Source: Amphiscolops sp. MND2022 (taxonomy: Eukaryota). Taken from it: a stretch of DNA of 64,000 bases. A program made the position numbers and the translations under genes. The DNA is taken from the NCBI GenBank assembly GCA_964187785.1, contig OZ076409.1:46254001-46318000 (forward strand), in the 5' to 3' direction. The notes below the pieces were generated by a model. It saw nothing but the letters and a program-made list of their open reading frames with translations. It searched no databases and had not been told where the DNA came from. Position 1 is the stretch's first letter. The number at the start of each line of letters is the position of its first letter. Below are positions 16,651-28,900 of the stretch, piece by piece.

Positions 16651-19600
16651 ATCTCCGCAGATCCAATAGGATAAAAGACGCTGAGCGAACTGAAAAATTA
16701 GGACGGGTAGAGTATTTTAAATTTAGTTAGGTTGTTTAGAGATCTCCAGTCCACTCCAACGATTTCTGCGGACTCCTTTCCCGAAGATAAAGAAAGACAA
16801 TGCGTAAGCTAAAGCCCCGGTCAAATGGGAACTCACCGAGAATCAACCATGGTTTTCCTGAACTACAGAGAGGCCAACGAGAGAAGATGCCACTATGGCG
16901 ATTAAGTTCACAGTACCTGTTAACATAAACCTCATTGTACGAACATTCTTTGTTGATGCTACATACGATACAGTCTAGCGATCAGTGTACATGATCATAC
17001 ATAAACTTTGTGTTTGAGATATCTTACTTTTAATTCACCTTCTTATCCAATTCTCCAGTCTATTACATGGCGCAGTCAGCAATCTAGTGGACAACAATTC
17101 AGACCCGAGTACCTCGGAACGATCGGGCCAACCGGCCGCGAATCAGACGATAATGAATCAGACAACAGCAGACCGACTGGAGAAGAACAAAAATAAAATT
17201 CCGATTTTATCGGACAGAGAGACGGACCTGACCAAAATAAACCCACGAATGTGGTGGGAGCAAAATTCTGAGTATATACACCTTACGTATAACCGAAATT
17301 TGGATAAACTGATGGATCAAGGCATCAATCAATTGGACCCACATACAGTGTATCACATCAAGGGAGACGTCATTTGGGCATTAGGTCAAAAGGCCAAACA
17401 CGAAATAATGAGATGCCAGTGGGGCAAAGAACTAAAAGACATTGATCTCCCAGAGCTACTGAAAGTATTAAAGAAGACGGTTATTCCTGCAAAAAATGTA
17501 TTACACAGTCGAGCACAATTCTTCAATATTAAACAAGAAGACAGTGAAACGTTGGATGAATATTGGAAAAGACTCGTGGATATTGAGAGAAAATGAAAAT
17601 TCAACAGCACTACACCAGAAGAAATTATCACTTACAAGTTTGCAGCAACTATCAATGACAAAAAAGCCAGAGACAAATTCATAAACGGACCACTGAAACT
17701 CCAAATGGTCCTCCTTGAAACCATCGAACAAGACAACTACAACCGCAAATACGGAGACAAGAAGACAAATGAAAAACACAGAAAACTTCATCTAGAAAAC
17801 TCGTCAAGCGAACAACAAGTCGCTTACACACACTCAGCACGGAAACGAAAAATAGCTGAAACGGGGGAAAAGAAAATGCCAAGCCGTAACTGTCACGCCT
17901 GTGGTAAATCAAACTGGTCATTGGAACACGTTTGCCCAGCACGCCGAGCACTGTGCAACAACTGCGAGAAAATGGAACATGTTTCCAAAGTGTGTAAATC
18001 CACAACTGTCAGCCGGGTACAAAAAGAACCATCAACGGACAGCAACACCGAGCCATGGCCCGAAATCGACCATATCCAATCCGTCAACGGCATCAATCGG
18101 ATTGATTTCTACAAAGCCATATTATTGGTCCAGGGACAACCAATAGAATTTATTAATGACACTGGTTCTCCGGTAACGATAATACCGCCTATAGTCAATA
18201 CAGCGGAAATACACAAAACCACGAAAAGCTTTGTAGACGTAAACAAAAATCCAATAAAACTCAAGGGCGAGGCCATGGTTGAAGTGAAAACGGAAAAAAG
18301 CAAAGTAACACTTCCCATTTTAATAACCGCAAACAAAAACACCCAACCCTTGCTGTGATTAGATTGGTTGGATAAACTAGAACTCGAGCTACAAGGAAAC
18401 AAAAACACAAATATCATCCGACACATTGAAACAGACGAAAGACGGCAAAAGATCGTAGACGAATACGAGGATCTATTCAAAAACAACCACACGATCAAAG
18501 ACCTAACCATCGACCTTCAATTGGAAAAGGACACAAAGCCGATACAACAGAAGGGACGACCAGTGCCGATACACTTCCAGCAGACAGTCAAGAAAGAGCT
18601 AGAAAAACTAATCGAAAGTGGACATCTAGAAAAAGCAGACAAAACTACGGAAAACTGTTTCGTCTCACCAGCGGTCATAACAATAAAGAAAGATAAACCC
18701 GAAAAATAGCGCTTGATTCGAGAAAAATGAACGAGGCATGTGTCAAGAGGAAACTGGCAATGCCAAGTATAGAAGAGCTAATCAGCAAAATATCGGCAGA
18801 AATTACCCGAAGTAGTGGAGAAATTTGGATGTCAAAGATTGACTTGGACTACGCTTACGGACAGGCAAAATTAACCGTGGAAGCAGCAAAACATTGTGTG
18901 TTTTCGATAATTGGCGGTGATTTCACCGGCCATTACCGATTCAAGAAAGGTTTTAACGGAGTGTCGGATATCCCGACCGTGTCCCAGGAGCACATTGACA
19001 AAGTGCTGGAATTTAAAACACCGGTCTGGTTAGACGACATTATTTGCGTAACCAACGGAACAATCGACGAATACGAACGTGAAGTTCGGGAAGTACTCAC
19101 CAAGTTACAAAACGCTGGATACAGAGCGAGTGAGAGGAAAACCGAATTCTTCAAACAAGAGATAACTTGGCTAGGCTACCACATCAATCAAAGCGGGGTA
19201 AAACCAATAAAAGACAAGACAGAGGCGATAACCAAACTGAAGGCCCCAAAGTACACTAAAGAGCTCAAATCCTTTCTGGGCTTAATACAACACCTGTCAA
19301 AATTCATCAATAAGCTATCCAAGAAGACCGATAGAATGAGAAGACTGCTGAAGAAAGAAACCCGTTGGGATTGGACGCCCGAAGTGAACGAAGATTTCGA
19401 AAACCTGAAAAAAGAGATAACCGAATCACTATGCTTGGCTCGCTTTGACCCGAAGAAGGACAACTATGTGACGACGGATGCTTGCAACACGAGACTTGGA
19501 GCAACCTTGTGGCAAAAAGAGGGAGAAATCTTTATACCAATTGCGTTCGCTAGTTGATTCATCACTGATTGTGAGAGGAAATATGGTTTTGATGAACCAG

Positions 19601-22600
19601 AATTACTAGGAGCGCAGTGGGGGTTCAAATACTTCAGGTATTACGTTTACGGAAAGAGGGTAAATCTGTTAGCGGACCACCAAGCACTACAACCGTTGTT
19701 AAAAAGAAATAGGGCGCACGAACAGTACAGTGCGAGATTAACACGGTGGCTAGACAGATTGAGCCATTTTGATGGAAATGTTCAATATACAGCTGGTAAA
19801 AACATTCCGTTGACGGACTACCTAAGCCGGCATCCAATCGTAAACACCGGTGAGAACGCAGCGGAGAACAACTTTAGCGGTCAAAACGAAGCGGAGTCCG
19901 AAGAAGAGTTCGTAATAAATCAAATACACGGTCTATTCGATTTCATTCAAACAAACGGAAGCAAAAAAAGATTCGCAGAACGAACCAAACCGAAACAAAA
20001 TATCGACCAATCACAGCGCGGCACATGCAAGCGTGAACAAAATAAACAAACTCATTCGCTCGAAGCCTCAATACCATTGAACGGTGTCAATCAAATCTCA
20101 TGGACAAACTTTCAAAAAAATCCACAACGACATCCAATATGGACAAATTCAACGGCATAGATATGCACTTCATTTACAAGAAAAGAGGACACTCACCAGA
20201 TACATACAGACTCTGGGCAGAAAGGAAGAGACTTCTGAAACCCGGAAAGACGAGAGTTGTCGGCAGAGGGACAGATAACGAGAGAATACAGGAGTATCGA
20301 CCTTCACAACAAGTTCGAAAAAGAATTGCGGAACTGAATATACAAATGTATAACAGATTTTTCAGCTACTGCGAGACACTGGGAACGACGCCGCTGAAGG
20401 AGTTTCAACAAAACAATCACGAATCATGGATTGTACAAAATTCGTCCGACACCGAAAGCCAAACAAGCAACGTTAGGCAAGCGAAATGCCCCACAAATGC
20501 CATCAAAAAGTTCCGCAAACACGAGACCGTCAATCTGATCCGGTTGAAACAAACCGTCAAAACAAATACCCTGGATGACGAACACAATGAGCGGACTGAA
20601 GAGACAATCAAAAGAGCAGAAAAGGATTATGCACTCGACCTACTTATGCTAGTAGAAGAAACAGCGAGAGATGTGAAAATTCTAAGCGCTTTTACTGCCA
20701 TCGAAAGAAACCAAACCGAAGAAATTTTTACCCTTACCGAACATATAGACATCACCTGACCACCCGATTCGGCTTACTCTTCTGTAACGACAAAATTGTT
20801 ATACCAGAAGCAATGCGAACAACGATCATCGCCATGGTCCATCAAGGACATCCCTCAGCGACTAAGTAGGATCAGTCAGCCGCAGCGTTCTGGTGGCCCG
20901 GCTTGTACCGGGAAATACGAGAAAAAGCTGAAAATTGCCCCAGCTGCAGGGCTTCAGGTAAGAACTTAACAACACAATTACCGTCAACAGAAAAAAAACA
21001 ATCTAGAAATTTTATCCGAACCGAACCAAGAAATCCAATTGGAATTCGCTGGTCCAAGAAAATCAAAGACTCGCGGCGATGCATATATTTTAGTCGCGGT
21101 CGACCGTTTTAGTAAATGGCCAACGGCTCAAATTTGTAAAAATACCGACTCACGGACAGTTTTAAAATTTTTAACGAAATTTTGCTCAGACAACGGAACA
21201 CCACGGAGTATACGTACCGACAACGGTAGTTGTTTTAAAAGTAACGAATATAAAGATTTTTGTAACCAAGAAAATATAAAGCGCATACGATGCACACCGA
21301 ATTTACATACGGGCACCGGCCAAGTGGAAAGAATAATACGGACAATTAAATCATTAACTAGAGCAAATATGGCGGACGAATTAACATTTGAAGAGAGTGT
21401 TAATTTAGCGATTAAAACGATCAGACAAAACCCGCAGAGTAAATTAAACATGACGCCATTCCAAATGCACTTTGGACGCAAACCACGCACGGCGATAACT
21501 AATTTAATCGGACAGCCAGAATGTCTTCTCTCTAATTGGAAAAAGACTTTGACCAATTACGTTTTAGCACAACACACTGAGCTCCAGATGTTTACAATCA
21601 ACGACTCACAAGGAGAAATGGCCGACTATATGGTCCTTAACTACTCAAAGAAAAGAGCTCGATTGGTAAGCCGGGAATTTAAACAATACCAGTTTTTTTG
21701 AAAAGGAAAACAAACCCAACGCCATGAAATGTAGATTCAAAACCAATAAAATGCTAACAGCTGTAAAAGAAACTAAACACACCGTAACTATGTCCGAAGG
21801 AAAAATAATGCACAAAAAACTAGCGTGAAAACTGATAAAACATCAGCTGCCAAAGAAATCGGAGGGGAAAAGAATACCAACAAACCGCTGCATCAGGTGC
21901 GGAAAGTTCAGTCAAGGAGACTATTGCGATACGCACAAAAAAGTGTATGGAGTCCCAAAGATACAGACCAACCGAGCAGCAGCTACACTCTCCCGACAAT
22001 GCCGCAAAAAAGATCAACCTACGGTGACATCACCGTAACCGCCACAGAGACGGACAGCCACGAAACACAAGATGAATCGCCAGCGGAGGGAAAAGAACAA
22101 CAGACGGACACAACAATCACTGCGACGGAAACACAGTCAACCGAAGAAGAAGACACGCCCGGAACGAACACGCCACTACCATCCACGCCGGTACAGTGCA
22201 GTACTAGCTACGGTACACGCCCGACACAACCGGAAGACAAATTACAGACGCCAATACGCGCAACCGTCAGCGCCGAAGTAGCCCCAAAAAAGGAGATAGC
22301 AAGCCCCGAAAATGGTAAATTAAAAATAATAGAGAAAAAGAAACCAAGAAACCATAAAGTACAATTTGAACCATCAGCGGATCTCCGCAGATCTAATAGG
22401 ATAAAAGACGCTGAGCGAACTGAAAAATTAGGACGGGTAGAGTATTTTAAATTTAGTTAGGTTGTTTAGAGATCTCCAGCCCACTCCAACGATTTCTGCG
22501 GACTCCTTTCCCGAAGATAAAGAAAGACAATGCGTAAGCTAAAGCCCCGGTCAAATGGGAACTCACCGAGAATCAACCATGGTTTTCCTGAACTACAGAG

Positions 22601-22797
22601 GGGGCAACGAGAGAAGATGCCACTATGGCGATTAAGTTAACAGTACCTGTTAACATAAACCTCATTGTACGAACATTCTTTGTTGATGCTACATACGATA
22701 CAGTCTAGCGATCAGTGTACATGATCATACATAAACTTTGTGTTTGAGATATCTTACTTTTAATTCACCTTCTTATCCAATTCTCCAGTCAATTACA
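16651..22797 (+). mobile_element. Ty3/Gypsy LTR retrotransposon (element G2), same family group as G1; several stops and frameshifts
   Basis: 417-bp direct repeats 16651-17067 and 22381-22797 (about 6 differences by eye), ending ATTACA. PBS TGGCGCAGTCAGC at 17068. Gag with Cys/His knuckles, protease NDTGSP, RT WLDD, RNase H TDAC, integrase (VDRFSKW, TDNGSCF, VERII). Confidence 0.93.
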
Positions 22798-22906
22798 ATC
22801 TATTTTCAGTTTTGAGACATCTGAGCTAACAATTCGAAAGAAAAACTTGCCCGAAAAAAAGAGGAACCATAAAAATTTTGACGTCAGTTTCAGACTAAAA
22901 TACAGC

Positions 22907-24870
22907 TGTCGCAGGCTGCCGCCTGCGATGGCACTAAGATCACGACAACAGCGGAAGGGCAAGAGACCGCGACCGGAACCTTACCAATCTACTGAGGAGA
23001 AAACATTTAAAATGCAAACTTCCATATTGTTCCGTTAATTACACTTGTTAATGTTGCTGACTCCATTTATATATATATATATACATATGTTTTGCTAGTA
23101 TTAGTCTGTTAGGGCCAATAACCAAAAGGCTCAAATGATATGTAGTTGTTTGCAAATTTGGAAATGCAGTACAACAACGCAATTGCAGTAATAAATAGAA
23201 GCAGCTAACGAGCGTAAAGGAAACGAGTTCAAGTAGACGTCACTCCAATTCCGGGGACGTCGCTTGAGCTTACTACGATTAGCCAATCACGTGCTGTAAT
23301 TCTTGCTGTACTATTGTTGTATTTGTTAATTGGCCGGTTAAGGCCGCCTGACGAAATTCCACTCTCACTGCTCACTACTTTGGTCAAACGGCCGGTTCCG
23401 GCCGTGAAGCAATAATGAAAAGGAACTAACTTATTACATCGGTACTTCATTAGTAATAATACAATTGTTCTTTCATGTAGTTTAAATGTTCATTGTTGAT
23501 AATATGAAGCTTTGTTTAGTATTTGGCCGAGTAAGGTCCATTGAACTAATATATATTGTTTCAACTGGTACTCTGGTCAAATGGCCGATTGTGGCCATTT
23601 CATGCATATTTGTGTTTTATTGTTCAGTTAACCAGATATTAACCCGGAACTAGCATGAATTCATCTCTGAAACAAATGAAGGTGCTTATGGTACTATATT
23701 ATCTGCGTGATCCAAGCATATGCAAAATAGACGAATAAGGCCATTTTCCTTCACTTCCCTATTGTGCTGTCTGTACTTACGGATTTAGGTCTATTTCGGT
23801 TTCAGCATGAAATGTATTTTCATGAATAGTGGATTCATACCACAGTCCTTATGTGCGGTTATACATTCCATTCTCAGTGTATTATATAATAAATCTTGTG
23901 TCGGCACGTGCCTCCACCTCACTTTGCGTGAGGTATGTAAACAAAGGTATTTGTTGACACTTTGATGTACATGCCTTAGTCGGCAGTTCGTTTGAAGCTA
24001 CTATTTTGACTATATGACCCATAAATGCCATTCCCTAGATGTCCCCGAAGATATGTGAATATCAGGGTTTTCATCAAGGAGCTAATGATCATATGATACT
24101 ATCAACCTAACTAGTTATGTAAGGAATGTGACTGTCATTCCCTAAAAGGTATAAATACTGTTATCCCATTGGGGAAATCATTAATTCCTTCCATTTTACT
24201 CTAGTTAAGTTTAATCTACAAACGGCACCGCTGTTATTTCCGTGTTCATTAATTCATTATTGATTCGGAACTGTTTCAATGCCAACCACTAGAAAGCAAA
24301 AGAAAGCTAGAAAGTCTAGAGGACTTGAGATGTTATCAGATATTGAAAATCTGGATATCATGTTAGGCGAAAACCATTTTGATAGAAATGAGAGAAATGA
24401 AAGTGTGAATAGTAATCAGGCCGGTAGGCCAGAAAGCTTATTTGGAGATGAACTTGGAGATGAGAATGAGAATGGGTTCCCAAACTCAAGAAATAATGGA
24501 CCAAGTCCAAATACCGAATTAGGCCATAATTCAATCAGAGAGTGTCCAAGCGTTGAGATCAATAGATTGTCAAGCGAGTTAAATTCACGTATATCTCGAG
24601 AGATGGACGAAATGATGAATAGTGTCAGTGTTCAGATTCAAAGAGCCATAAATGAGGCAATTAGTAGCCAAATTTTGCCTCAAATCCAAAATGTAGTTAT
24701 GGCCGGATCGGGACAATTGACCAAAGAGAGATGGAACGTTCCGGCCGAGAGACCGGAAGGATATTCTGAAGCACTGCAAAACTCAGAACTTAGGAACAAT
24801 TCTAAAAATAAACAGACCAACGACCGTCCCAAAGACGGAGTCACAAGCACGAACTCCCGTGCTTACGACA
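22907..24870 (+). repeat. 5' LTR of G3 (1964 bp)
   Basis: Near-identical to 37454-39419 (about 5 substitutions plus one TA-unit indel by eye); imperfect terminal inverted repeat TGTCGCAGGC / GCTTACGACA. Confidence 0.97.
24150..24182 (+). promoter_or_regulatory. Candidate LTR core promoter (TATA box and initiator)
   Basis: TATAAATA at 24150-24157 and TCATT at 24178, about 100 nt upstream of the gag ATG. Confidence 0.5.
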
Positions 24871-25997
24871 TGGTGACAGGAGAAAACGAATCTCCAATCG
24901 AAGTTCCTGAGTTTCTCACGGGACGAATCTCATCCAGAAACCATCTCGACAGGTCCTATGAGGATATTAACCTTGACACGACGATCCCAGCGCAAGAGAG
25001 AAATGCTCCGGCTGCTCAAACTGACCCTATTACTCGACTAGCAGATGTCTTGACAACGATGCAGAACAGGCCGACAGCCCAACAACTCACTATACGCCCA
25101 GTCAATTCAAACACAATGACTTTTGATGGCAAGAGTGAAAAATTCGAGCTGTTTGAGGACCTGTTCCACACGATGATCAAGATGCAACCGGAAATGACGG
25201 AACAGATGAAAATAAATCACTTCCACTCACTGCTGAGGAAGAATGCTCTCCAAACCTTCCGGAACATCAGCTCGAGCAATAGACAGACTTTAGAGGACGT
25301 ATTGGTAATATTCAGACGAAAATACGTCAAACCAGAATCACAGGCAACTGCCAAACATAAATGGCACCGTCTAGTTTTCGATCCTAACACGATGAAACTG
25401 CCAGATTTCCTTGAAGAATTAAATCAAGGGGCAGGAAAAGCATTCGGGGATCACGCACAGAAAATGATTGACAGTTTGCTCTACGCAAAACTGCCACCAA
25501 AACTGAAGCGGTCTGTAAACATGGCCAGACTCGAAAACGGCTCGTATGACGAAATAGTTGCTCATTTAGAGAGAGAGTTAGAACTAAATGCTCTTGAGGA
25601 ATCAGACGACCTACCAATGGCCACAATGACCTCCTCGACTACAAAACCTAAAACTCCTCTGTCCACAGGGCAACTGTCCGATATCACTTGCAATTACTGC
25701 AAGGAGAAGGGCCATATGGTCAAAGACTGTGAAAAATTGAAGAAGAAAAAGGAAAAAGATGCCCAACAAGGCAAACAAACTCAGAAAAAGACGTATCCGG
25801 AGTGTGGCACTTGTGGTAAAAAGAACCACCCGGAAGAAAGATGTTGGCAAGGTGCTGGTGCGCATCTCAAACCCAAACGCACCAGATCAGGTGACGCTAA
25901 TGACGGTAAACCCAATTCAAAGGCGCAGAAACCACAAAACAAACCAACATCTTCCAACTCACAGACCTCATCTTCCAATGATGAGTCAAAAAACTAA
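24279..25997 (+). CDS. gag: Gag of G3 (572 aa), starting inside the 5' LTR
   Basis: Capsid-like region (TFDGKSEKFELFE...) and two CCHC knuckles (CNYCKEKGHMVKDC, CGTCGKKNHPEERC); ends in the heptamer A AAA AAC followed by TAA. Confidence 0.93.
   Translation: MPTTRKQKKARKSRGLEMLSDIENLDIMLGENHFDRNERNESVNSNQAGRPESLFGDELGDENENGFPNSRNNGPSPNTELGHNSIRECPSVEINRLSSELNSRISREMDEMMNSVSVQIQRAINEAISSQILPQIQNVVMAGSGQLTKERWNVPAERPEGYSEALQNSELRNNSKNKQTNDRPKDGVTSTNSRAYDMVTGENESPIEVPEFLTGRISSRNHLDRSYEDINLDTTIPAQERNAPAAQTDPITRLADVLTTMQNRPTAQQLTIRPVNSNTMTFDGKSEKFELFEDLFHTMIKMQPEMTEQMKINHFHSLLRKNALQTFRNISSSNRQTLEDVLVIFRRKYVKPESQATAKHKWHRLVFDPNTMKLPDFLEELNQGAGKAFGDHAQKMIDSLLYAKLPPKLKRSVNMARLENGSYDEIVAHLERELELNALEESDDLPMATMTSSTTKPKTPLSTGQLSDITCNYCKEKGHMVKDCEKLKKKKEKDAQQGKQTQKKTYPECGTCGKKNHPEERCWQGAGAHLKPKRTRSGDANDGKPNSKAQKPQNKPTSSNSQTSSSNDESKN
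24871..24882 (+). promoter_or_regulatory. Primer binding site of G3 (tRNA-Leu-like)
   Basis: TGGTGACAGGAG abuts the LTR end; 11/12 match to the complement of a typical metazoan tRNA-Leu 3' end (TGGTGTCAGGAG), recalled from knowledge. Confidence 0.6.
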
Positions 25998-28900
25998 CTT
26001 CGCCACGACTCCAATACAACCAACTAATATCTGTCCGACAATACATCAGATCGGACCCTCCAACGCAAACTTTCCACCAATACAACCAACAATTGATGGG
26101 CTATCCCTCTGTTGTCTGGCAGCAGCAGATGGAAAAAGCTACCATTATTACTTACAATAATACCCATTTGTTCCAAAAACCAATTCCTGTATGGGATCCT
26201 GATTACACATCTGCTTTCAATAGCCGATTCAGGCCCATTCCCTTGGTAGACGATTACAACCCTACCTACATAGACCCCGATTATGGACGAGATCCCTATT
26301 GGGACACGGAACTCTACAACCAAGATCTGCTACAATTCCAATACGTCATTGATGATATCGAACTCTAAAATAAATCAGCCCATGAAAATCCTCCAATCAC
26401 CCACAACAAGAAAACTAGAGCATTGATTGAAACCTGGCAAATGAATGATGGCACAAGCCATCCGGTGTTCCCAAATCCTCTGGGGACCGAGAATACTGAA
26501 AACAGCGGTGAAATCACACCACAATCATTATTAGATGAAAAACAATTCCAAAATATACTCATCACCAGAGATGGTGAACCAGACTGTATACCCCTGTCAA
26601 CCAACATCAACCTCAAATGCAAGAAACGCATGCTTTATTTCCCAATGGACTTTGGGGAATTGACCATAGACGGACTTATCGACACTGGTGCATTATCCAG
26701 TGCAATCCCAGAGATGGACCTCCGGAAAATCAGACTCTTATCGCCACAATCAGTAATCCGGGAGGGTCCGCCTCCAAACTTCCAGATAATGGTCGCAAAT
26801 GGGCAACTAGAGACTCCCAAGAGTACAATAGAGCTCAAATTCGAAGTTGGTGACATAGAGTTCCATGAAATTTTTATAGTAATGGAACACCTAACAGGAC
26901 CGATTATAGGACTGATGTTTCTACAGAGAAACCATACAGTACTGGACATGAGACAAGGAATACTGAACTTTCCGTTCTTTTCAATGCAGCTTAAAACAGC
27001 TGATCATAAATACTCGAACGTGCTAGAGCCAATTCTAAACCCTACTGAAATAACCATGCCGCCAAACGACAGAGTCCTGATTAGGACCAATTCCTTATTA
27101 TACCCTGAAAACACCGTCACAGGAATTTTGCAACCGAGCGACCTTCTCCATGAAGAAGGCGACATCACATTCTGTCCAGCCTTGGTCACCTTGAATGACG
27201 GCAATATATTGATACCAGTGAATAACTTCACAGACCACCCTTACAAGCTCAAAAAGGGACTCCATATTGCTAGTTTTTCAGTTATGACGCCAGAACAAAT
27301 GAAATATGTCAAACCGGTAGACCCGGCATCAACCTGGCATTTGTTGCAAAACGACCAAGAGCAAGCAGCCCATTACGTCAGTAGCCTGATCAAGACGAAC
27401 AGAAATTCACAAAACCCCGAAAACTACTGGTTCCCAACTCCGGAAAATCCAGGGAATCCAGAAGAACACACTCCAATCCAGAAAAGAATCCTCCGCGAGC
27501 TACAAGCCCTACAGGACCTAGAATCCCTTGATCCCACGAAAGACGAGGAATCTAGGGAAAAATTCTTAAGAAATTTTGATTGGAAAGACTCCACCCTAAC
27601 CCTGGAAGAGAAAACCAAAATTGAAGAATTGCTAGTGGAATTTCACGACATTTTTGCGAGACACAGATTTGATATAGGCATGAATGAGGAATTCAAGGTG
27701 AAATTGACACCTAAGGACGATTCCCCAGCCTATAGCCAAAGCCTCCCTGCGCCAATAAACTTGAAAGAGGACATTTTAGTCGAATTAGCCATGCTCCACA
27801 AATATGGCATAATAACTACTTTACCGTTCTCGAAATACGCCAGCCCAATATTCGCCCAAAAGAAACCAAATGGGAAGCTACGACTTTTGGTTGACTTGAG
27901 GAAAATCAACAACCTTATCTCGGATGATTATATCAACAATAATCACCCTGTTAGCACCTTGGTTGATGCTGCCCAACACTTGGCAGGCAAAAAACTGTTC
28001 TGTAAATTAGACTGTTCGCAGGCATACCACTGCCTACCAATGGCCGACCAACGCTCAATTGAAATGTTGGCTTTCAATTTTGCCAGTCGTACATTCGCGT
28101 ACAGACGCTTGGCACAAGGCCTTAGTCGGTCACTATCCGCATTCTCGAGTTTCATGAGGGAATACCTCGACAAAGTCATTAAAGCGGATCAGTGCGCCCA
28201 GTATGTGGACGATATCGGCATCGCAGCCAATGATGTTGAACACCTCATAATGAACCTGAGAGCAACATTCAAATGCATTCAGGAAGCAGGCCTTAAGCTG
28301 ACAATGCACAAATGTCACTTTGGTGCAAAAGAAATTGATTTTCTCGGACGGACTATTACCCCGCAAGGCGTCAAACCTCAGAAACAGAACGTGCAAAACT
28401 TCCTGGAAAAGACTAAATTCCCAAAGTCGAAAAAGGCTTTGCAGCGCTACTTGGGATTCTTGAACTACTACAGAAATTATGTCCCAAGACTATCTGAACG
28501 CCTTGCTCCATTCTACAAGATGCTCAAAAGTGACGAAAAGGTCCTAGTATCGAAAGAATTAGTCCAACAATTCGAAGAAATCAACAAAGCACTTGACAAA
28601 TGTTGCGATTTGGCATTACAGCAACCCATTCCGAACAAACAAATCGCACTAATGACTGATGCAAGTTTTGGTGCAGCTGGATATGCGGTCTTAATAGAAG
28701 ACGATCCAAACCAGAAATTCACATCTCTCCGAAAATCCTACGCACCGGTGGCCTACGGATCAAAAACCTTCACCCCAGCCCAGATCAAAATGTCAATATA
28801 TGCCAAGGAATTTCTGGCAATTTACTTTGCATTCAAAGAATTTGGACATATATTCTGGGGTGCGCCCAAACCGGTCATTATCCTTACCGACAACAAAGCC

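Noticed and set aside
23229..23450. 73-aa minus-strand ORF in both G3 LTRs
   Set aside because: Short, no recognisable motif; duplicated only because the LTR is.
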